A stretch of DNA of 64,000 nt from the human T2T-CHM13v2.0 reference genome, Homo sapiens. Shown one piece after another: positions 54,092 through 64,000 of the stretch. Every line of letters begins with the position of its first letter. Within the stretch, counting starts at the first letter, position 1. Position numbers and translations under genes: made by a program. The DNA is taken from assembly GCF_009914755.1 (NCBI RefSeq), contig NC_060928.1; one strand, given 5' to 3'. The notes beneath the pieces were generated by a model. That model did not search any database, was not told where the DNA came from, and saw nothing but the letters and a program-made list of their open reading frames with translations.

Positions 54092-54799
54092 TGAGAAATA
54101 AAAATAAAATACTAAGTTCCCCAGCTGACTGAATGAACCCTCTCATGGCCAAGGAGACTCCAGAGAAACCTTGAAAACTGAGTTCCCCGCCATGATCAAT
54201 GGGAGTTGAGACATTCCACATTATACCTCCTCCCTCATTAACCACCATTAGACTTTTTTTTTCTCAGAGTTGTACAGAAATCAGCCCTTTCAAAACACTT
54301 GCTCCACTGCTGATTTCAGCCAGCTGAAGAAGCTGTAACCAAAACCCCGTCTCTTTTTGTGGTTTCAACACAAGAACTGACCAGCGTTCCTTTCTGATAA
54401 GAGACGACCACCACAAACTGGCTTTGGCTGGTCCATGAGGGCTGGACACATAGTGCCTCTGTGTCTTCTGTTTCATCTTTTGATGTATAGGCCTAATTTT
54501 AGTGTATTTAAATGTTGTCTCCAACACAAAGTGAATATGGGAAGTTTGTAACATGCATGTTTGCTTATTACGCACGCAAGTGCCTTCTGCATTCATATTC
54601 ATAGCTCTTCCTATAACCTATTGAGTATGTATGCTCAGTCAACTCATTCAGAATAAATTCCTGTCTCACCTTCCTTCTTCAAAGTGCCTGCTTTGGGTTT
54701 CTGTCAGATGCTGTGCTTCACAGTTGCAGGTTGTGACCCTTTATAAGAAATAATGCTTTCCTCTCCAAATTTATGAACTCCGTGATTCTTCATTGAGCA
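54092..54799 (+). mobile_element. MER39-family ERV1 solo LTR
   Basis: TGAGAAATAAAAATAAAAT..CCAGAGAAACCTTGAAAACTGAGTTCCC..CA with an exact 4-bp TSD TAAC. Confidence 0.85.
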
Positions 54800-56039
54800 T
54801 AACTATTTAAGAGAAATCTTAGAAGTATGGTATCTTTGGGAACCCATGCAATCAGAGTATTTCTTTCAAATGTAGTCAGTTCACTATTCCTCACTGATAT
54901 ATAACACTCAGAATGTGGAGAATCTGAAGGACAGGGGACGTACTTTATCTGATTCATTAAAGTAACATTTCTGAGAATGACACAAACGTGAAACTTATGT
55001 TGCATGCTGAGAGTTGCATCAATAGCAGCTTCCAACATAACATGTGCAAGAAATTTTTCTCCTCAAAGGCTTGAGTGCCATAATAGAGAGATGGAAAGAT
55101 AGATGTATAAATAGATGTAGATATGTGTATATACATACACATACATACATATATATGCACATATATTTTGCATATATTATCACAATATGGTAAAGACTGT
55201 TTTATGCTGTGATGCACTGTGAGCTTCATGCAACTTGACATGCTTGTTATCAATGTTTATTCCTTCTGAGTCCATTATTTTCATACATTTTTAGGGCTAC
55301 ATTGTGTATGCAACATAAAAACACATTTTTCTATTTCATATCCCCCCCAAAGGTTCAAAGAGAAACTGGGAACAAATTATAAATCTGTGAATATTGATAT
55401 AAATACTGTATAAATATGTATATATAAATATAAATATTTTACTTCACAATTCCGTATTTAAACAGTTATCATCCTTCAGTTTTTTCTGAAGTTGAGAAAA
55501 TTCTTTTTTTAATGTTTCTAAATTAATTTTGAATGGATGCAAAATATTGACATAAAATGTAGGACCTGCTAATTTTCTCTTGAATTCTAAACCTGAATTT
55601 TGATAGAAAACAAATTTTTTGTCAAAATTTTCTACTCTTTTTTTACTTTTTTGTTATTTTTTATATATCCAATCAATATTTATTGAACCTAAACTCTTAA
55701 TTCTTATTTAATTTTAATTCTGGCTTTATCTGTGTTGAATTATTATTTTCCAAATACTTCTGACTAGCTATGCTGCTCACATTTACCTAACATACAGTAA
55801 TACGGTTGAGTTTGTTTACATACCTTACCACAGGCTTTAACTGATTTTCTGTTAATATTTTTGTCCCTATCCTTAAGCTTTCACAAAATAACTGTATGAA
55901 ACAAGGTAAAAACTCAAAATAGTTTAATCACCTGAAAGGTGGAGAATAGAAATCCTTAAGAAAAGTGTTGGGACCAGGAATCACACTCAACACCTACTTC
56001 TCTTTCATTGACAAGGGCCAATCTTTCAGAGTTATGTTT

Positions 56040-56545
56040 ATTTTAGCTCTTGAAGATCTCTCGAAATTCCTATATGTCTCTTTCTCCATTGGTCTCACCC
56101 TAATATAATCCAGCATCCTTATTTGACTCCCAAATCCCTCTGTTTCCAACACAGGAGCCCCAGTGATGTCTGTAAATACACACCTAATCAGATACCCTGC
56201 TGCTTACAGTATTTCAATATCTGCTGCTTGCGGTATTTCAATATCTTCCTTTGGCTTTTGCAATAAAGACCAAAGTCCTTAACCTGGACTAAAAGGATCT
56301 GGATAGGCTAGCCCCTGTCTACCTTGATAGCCACTTCCTGTATTTTTATATCACTATATACTGCTACTTCATACATTGTTAAGTTTTTGTTGATTTGTGT
56401 GATTTAATTAATATCTATTTGTTCCATTAGAAAGCAACTTCCATCTATGTAAGTAAATATTAACTGCTTATCATTGAATCTCCAGGGTCTAATATGATGT
56501 TCAGATGATAGTAGCTTATTAATAAATATGTATTGAATAAAAGAG
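56040..56545 (+). mobile_element. L2 fragment
   Basis: AATAAAGACCAAAGTCCTTAAC..AATAAATATGTATTGAATAAA. Confidence 0.6.
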
Positions 56546-56840
56546 AATATGGAATAATTATATTCAACCCTCTATGAATTCTTTGGTTTGCATTCAACAA
56601 ATACTTATTAAGTCCTGAAAATGTGTCAGGCATTCTTCTTGGCTTTTGAGATTCATCAGTGAATGAAAGAAACAAAGCTTCCCTACTCTAATGCTGTCTT
56701 AAGTTAGTGTGGGTAATAGATATTAAATAATAAATATAATAAATGAATGAATTGTTTTACAACTTGTGAAAAGTTAGAGCAGCATACATAAAATTGGGGG
56801 AAATTGGGGAGGGGAAAGCTGCAGTATTAAATAGACTTGC

Positions 56841-57157
56841 AGCCAGGCACAGTGGCTCACGCCTGTAATCCCAACACTTTGGGAAGCCGAGGCGGGCGGA
56901 TCACGAGGTCAGGAGATCGAGACCATCCTGGCTAACACGATGAAACCCCGTCTCTACTAAAAATACAAAAAAATTAGCCAGGTGTGGTGGCGGGCACCTG
57001 TAGTCCCAGCTACTCAGGAGGCTGAGGCAGGAGAATGGCGGGAACCCAGGAGGCGGAGCTTGCAGTGAGCCGAGATGGCGCCACTGCACTCCAGCCTGGG
57101 CAACAGAGTGAGACTCCGTCTCAAAAAAATAAAATAAAATAAAATGAATAAATAAAT
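56841..57157 (+). mobile_element. AluY
   Basis: GACCATCCTGGCTAACACG and GGCGGAGCTTGCAGTG. TSD AAATAGACTTGC. Confidence 0.94.
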
Positions 57158-58055
57158 AAATAGACTTGCTAGGGTAGACTTTACTGAGGTGAGAATTGAG
57201 CAAGGTAAGATAATGGTGAAGATGGGTTTTGAAGGTGAGGGATTTAGATATGTGGATATCTGGTGGAAAGCATTTAAGACAAAGAATAATTGGAGCAAAT
57301 CGCTGCAGTGAGAGCACTCCTGATGTCTTTGGCACGTGATCAGCACGACAAGAGTCATAGGAAGTCCAAAAAGTAGCAGGGATGGGTGATGGGCTTGATG
57401 ACAGACCATGAAGGACTTTGTTGTTTACTCTAAAGACTTCTGCTTTTATTGTGAGTGTGATAGGTAACCGCTGGAAAGTTTTCAGTGAGGAATAACATGT
57501 CTTATTTATGGTTTATGGGTCATGTTGGCTACTATTTTGAGAAAAAACAAAGGGTGAAAGGTAGTCATTAAAAAAAAAATCAGTGAGGATGCTATTTCAA
57601 TAATCCACGACAATGGTAGTTTGAATGCAGGTATTAGAAAAAAAATGCTAATAGGCTGAGTTTCTCCACATATTGTGATTATAGAGCCAAGTGGATTTCC
57701 TGATGAATTGGATACAGAAAATAAGAGAAAGAACAGAATTAAAAACTACTACAAACATTGGACCTAACAAATAGGAGGGTTAGAGAGGCCATAACTATAA
57801 TGAAAATAGCCACACATGATGCAGGTTTAAGCAGGAAGGGGAAAATCAACAGTTCACCTTTGAAAATTTTAAGCTTGAGATGTCTACTGGACATCCAAGT
57901 AGAGATGACTATAAGTGGAGCTGTAAAACTCAGAATTAGAAAGAGTAATCTGGTTTGGAAGAACCAGTTTGAGAATCATTGACTTAAAGCCACAATTGAA
58001 GGCCGTGAAAGTAAATGACATTAGCAAAAGGTGAGTGTATAGAACAAAAAGAGCT

Positions 58056-58357
<302 letters not shown>

Positions 58358-59052
58358 AAAAAGAGCTGAGCACCAAGGACTGAGCCCTAGGATAGTACAA
58401 GCGAAGGAGCAAAAAGGAAGATAAAGAACATGCAAAGAAAACAGGAACAGAGTGACTAGTTACGTAGCAGGAAAATCAAAACTGTGAGTGTACTGACAGC
58501 CAAGTTGAGACAGTAAAAAGCATAATATAATAAAGTCATGATCAATTTGGACACATACTGAGGTTGGGCTAAGATGGAGATTAAAATATGTATTTCAGTG
58601 TTGCTTTTGGGAGTCTGTATCTTTTAAAGTAAATATAAGAATCCATAGAATTAACTTCATTAAAGTTGTTCTGATTTGCTTTACATATGTAGGTTTGATG
58701 ATGGGAAGTAGGGATTGTAGTTCTTTATATAATCTAATGTATTAAAATCATAGTTTTGATGTTTTCAAAATTTAACTTATTTGGCTTTATTTTATATGCA
58801 TATAAATTTTTCATAGCAATGAATATGACTAAAGATAAATTAAAATTTGTACTTCAGTTCTGTGAAATACTTGATCGAATGTTTAGAAATACTTAGATGA
58901 TATAATTCAACTTTTAGTAGTAGCAAGAAGTAATGCATTCTGAAAAGTGAACTTTGAATAACTGTCACTGTCATAATTTTATTTAAGAGGACAAGCTCTA
59001 TAAAAGGTTATTGAAGCTAATTTGAATGATAAATAGAATTCTACTAAAATAG

Positions 59053-59501
<449 letters not shown>

Positions 59502-60442
59502 TATAATTTAGTGTAACATCTTAGTCAATTTTTTTCAAAGTTAACCTTTTATCCTCCATGTTTACAGAGTATTACATAGAGCCATTTAAGTTTACATTGC
59601 TTCCAATCATTTCTGTAGCTAAACAGAATGCACATGTTTTCAAAGTGAAATTATGACCCCAAAAAAACAGTTTAATGATTGTGTGCAGACATTTTGAAAT
59701 CTAGGCATATGATTGACTTTTAGTGTATTAAAATCAGAAGCCCAGAAAATGAATGCTGAGATGCATTATATAGAGGGTAGGAAATAAGATAATCAGCAAA
59801 TATGTAGCCTGCATTCCTCAAAGGAATATAAAGCATTAGAATGTAGGTAAGATTTCAGTTTTTGCTTTAAAATTTTTTATTTTCTATGTGATTTTTGATA
59901 CTGTTAGCCAAAGATGCTGTGGCTAATAGTGCTATTTTCTGAAAGGATATGTATGTATCTGAAAGTACTATTACATCAATCTGTGGTGTTTTGTCTCAGT
60001 CGTTCCTGGGGTGGATTCCATTATCTGCAGCTCTATTGCGTTATGGATAACACTTTGCTTCTCTTTGGACAGAGTATGCTTCTAATTGTTTGCACACTGT
60101 GGTGCTTTGTAGCTTTCTTCTGCCTGTTACTACATTTCATTGCCCTCAAAGGGGGGCTTCTGAGCTCTTGAAAGATTTCTTAAACCCACATTCTGTTCTG
60201 CTCGCCCTTATGCAGCTTTTTGGAAGCATTTACCTCGACAACCCAGTGTTCTGTTCTGTTGACTGTGAACATGTGGCTTTTTGTCGCAAAGCTAATTTGC
60301 AGTGATCATTTTTGAAGCTTTAGGTTGAATGCATTGCTTTAAAATAAGAATTATGTCACAAACAAAAGTTGAGTTGAAAGTGTTTCCACTGATGAGTTTT
60401 GTGTAATATAAAATATATATGAAGGAAAATAATAACAGTTGA

Positions 60443-60779
<337 letters not shown>

Positions 60780-60904
60780 AAAAGTTATTTTTAAAGTTAC
60801 TTTCTTAGAGGGTCATGTATACTATGCAATTAAAATTAGACTTGCTACCGTATATATTTTTACTGACAGAAAACAATAGTACACAAATCCAGTCAATAAT
60901 TTTT

Positions 60905-61200
60905 GAGGCTCAAGATGGCTGATTAGATGTAGCTACAGTGCTCCTCTTCCATGGAGAGGAACCAAAATATCCAGTAAATCTTCACACTCTAAACATATAT
61001 TTTGTGAGAAAACACTGAAATTCATTAGAGAGGCAATGGGAAATACTGTGGTTGAAGAGGGAGTAAGCTGGGCTGCCTGCTCAGTTACGGGTAGCCTACA
61101 AGCCCAAATCTCACCATTATGCAATATATGTTACATAGACATGTAACAAACCTGCACAGGTACCCCCTGTAGCTATACAAAGAAAGAAAAGAAAAAAACA
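60905..61200 (+). mobile_element. L1PB-like 5' end fused to an L1PB-like 3' end and A-tail
   Basis: 5' start CAAGATGGCTGATTAGATGTAGC, then 3' end AAGCCCAAATCTCACCATTATGCAATATA..CATGTAACAAACCTGCACAGGTACCCCCTG. Confidence 0.7.
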
Positions 61201-61697
61201 ATTCAAAGAAAGGCATATCAAATGTTTAACTGTGTAAGGAGAAGAAAAAGACAGCTTGTGAATAAAATAATTAAAATGGAAAATAATACTGTTAAAATAC
61301 TGAAAAAAAATACTGTTTCAAGTATTTAGTGCGAAGAACTGAAATAAAAAAGCCACAGGTCATTCATAAAGTACCACAAATGATCATAATAGTATGAAGA
61401 ATTTCACTTATTAAGATTTGAGTAGAAGACTATTTTAAAATCCTTAACAATTCTAAACTTGTATTTACATAGGTTTCACAAAGTAGCTAAAAAATAAAAC
61501 TCATTGGGGAGGCCAGACAAAATAAAAAATAACAAAAGACACAGTATGAAGAAAGGCATCATGGGAGACCAGTAACTTAATTGCCATCCTCTCCTTTGCC
61601 AGAGGGGAAACCTTTTATTTACCACATGAATATTAATGTCTCAGTTATCTCAATCAGTGTTTGGGGCCCCTGAGGAAGACGATAATTTCATAATGAC

Positions 61698-62351
<654 letters not shown>

Positions 62352-62572
62352 ACTTTTCTTCATTTTAAAATATTTCCCTAGGAACTCTATCATCCTTTAC
62401 CAATAAACACTTTCTTGTTTAATGAAGCAGATAATTATTTTGTGTTTTCTCTATATTTAGATACCTCATAATATTACTTTATGCTTTAAAAATAAGCTAA
62501 TTAATATTATCTTTTACATTCATCACTGTCAATACATTCATCTCATCTAATATCTATAAGAAATTTATGACG

Positions 62573-62640
62573 TTTTTTTATTATACTTTAAGTTTTAGGG
62601 TACAAAACTAAAAATAAAAATAAAAATAAAAGATTAAAAA
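62573..62640 (+). mobile_element. 68-bp inverted (twin-primed) young L1PA insertion
   Basis: TTTTTTTATTATACTTTAAGTTTTAGGGTACA is an antisense L1PA 3' terminus, followed by a sense A-tail. TSD AAGAAATTTATGA(C/T)G. Confidence 0.88.
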
Positions 62641-63554
62641 AAGAAATTTATGATGATTGTCTTTCAGTTTAATCTGAGAATGGCTCTACATTTGGAGTCG
62701 ATATTAATGACTGCATAGGTTAAGCAATGACCACATTGCATACTCTACTTGAGTTACTAAACATACAGTTAATTTACATTTCTTCTACCTGTTTTCTAAA
62801 AGCAATTGTCACTCACCATATATTAATTATAATACAGTAATTACCTGTGTCTTTATATCAAACTCAACTTTATTTTCCTACAAATGAGTAATTTTACTTT
62901 AATTATGTTGCCATACTTTTTCTCATTCGTTTGTTTAATCATGCAGATTTAAGACACCATCTAACAACAAATATTAATTATATTTGTTCAATAACTGTTG
63001 TAATTTATTCAGGTAAGGTAAGAGGTTTGTAAGATTACCACACAAGTCAAATTTTTTTCCTGCCCCCTTTTATTTCACACTTGGACTTTTCCATTTGACA
63101 AGCAAGTATTAGGTTTGTACAATGTATAGGACTCGTATAGAGCATTATGAGAAACGCAACTTACCATGCTTTGAGTATTATCTAGACGGCCTTCCCTTGT
63201 TCAGACGATGAATTTATCTCTAATTTAAGTATTTATTTAATTTTTCAAGTTAAAACAGCTTTAGTAATACGTGTTAAATCAGATACTTGTGATATGTAGC
63301 ACTCAGTTGTTGTTTTTTAACTAAAATACCATGTGATCAGAATCCCTGGATCCAAATACATGTCAATTGATAAAAACTATGTTTTATCTTAGTCTGAGCT
63401 CATTTATATTGGTTATATGCTCTGTCTTTCATATTTTGTTTATACTTAAAATGTAAGCCCTACAAATCCTGTTGAAAAAGGGCTATCTATATATTCAAAA
63501 TGAATAAAGAATATGCTATTATTACTTTTCATTTCTTTTGGGCTATTGGGAAAG

Positions 63555-63705
63555 ACTGCACAGTATTTGTTAATATCACAGGTTTTGGAGTTAGAAAATC
63601 TTAGATTTAAATCCAATTTCAATCATGCTATGACCTGTCTACCTTAAATAGCATTATTAACTTTTCTGAGCCCTAATTTGCCTCTATATGTAACACACAG
63701 GACTG
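63555..63705 (+). mobile_element. MIR
   Basis: CAGGTTTTGGAGTTAGA..TTAACTTTTCTGAGCCCTAATTTGCCTCTATATGTAA. Confidence 0.65.
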
Positions 63706-64000
63706 AATGGTCAAGGCAAACTCACAGAAATCATGTGTTTTACCCAAGGCACTAAGGTTCAAAAGATACAGGCAAGACACAGGCACAGAGGAACATGCCT
63801 TCCTGGGGAAGACTGAATCTCTGAAGCTCAAATTTCTAATTGACTCCTTTGTCCTGCATACCAGTTTTTTCCTGTCTGATATAGAGGAAGGCACCACAGG
63901 TCTGCTTTCCTATCTTCTTTTATGAACCTGTATCTCTGCCACTTTTATAGTTAGGCTTTCTAGAACAACGTATGCATGTGCTGCCACAAAGTTGCACTTT

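Noticed and set aside
56197-56244. 24-bp tandem duplication in L2
   Set aside because: A common microduplication (22/24 identical) with no sign of function.
59900-60330. Unique stretch with 85-aa and 71-aa ORFs
   Set aside because: No recognisable domain or clear splice boundaries, and conservation cannot be assessed from this sequence alone.
63710-64000. Possible LTR at the window edge
   Set aside because: The composition is LTR-like, but I cannot match a family or see both termini.

Overview
This is AT-rich, repeat-dense, non-coding primate DNA. It is almost certainly human, because it carries diagnostic AluYb8 and AluYa5 copies. I can support no protein-coding gene, RNA gene or CRISPR array: the listed ORFs fall in Alu, L1 or MaLR remnants or in low-complexity DNA. 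The window is a nest of transposable elements. It holds a full-length THE1D MaLR provirus (310-2871), a near full-length decayed L1MA (~11.5-18.5 kb), an MLT1A0 provirus, many solo LTRs, about 25 Alus, MIR/L2/CR1 relics and DNA transposons. Subfamily names come from remembered consensus sequences and need RepeatMasker/Dfam confirmation. I found no evidence of a new biological system. The best second-look items are structural. (1) An inversion at 26.3-27.1 kb with a 105-bp inverted breakpoint duplication and a 76-nt fold-back hairpin. (2) A ~410-bp diverged copy of nearby non-repeat DNA captured inside a MER67 LTR. (3) An LTR transcript retro-copied by L1 with a 17-bp TSD. (4) A 68-bp twin-primed L1 insertion and a mini-L1 with its 5' end joined to its 3' end. 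(5) Several strong plus-strand exon signatures, plus a DUX4 motif in the THE1D LTR, that may mark a spliced lncRNA.
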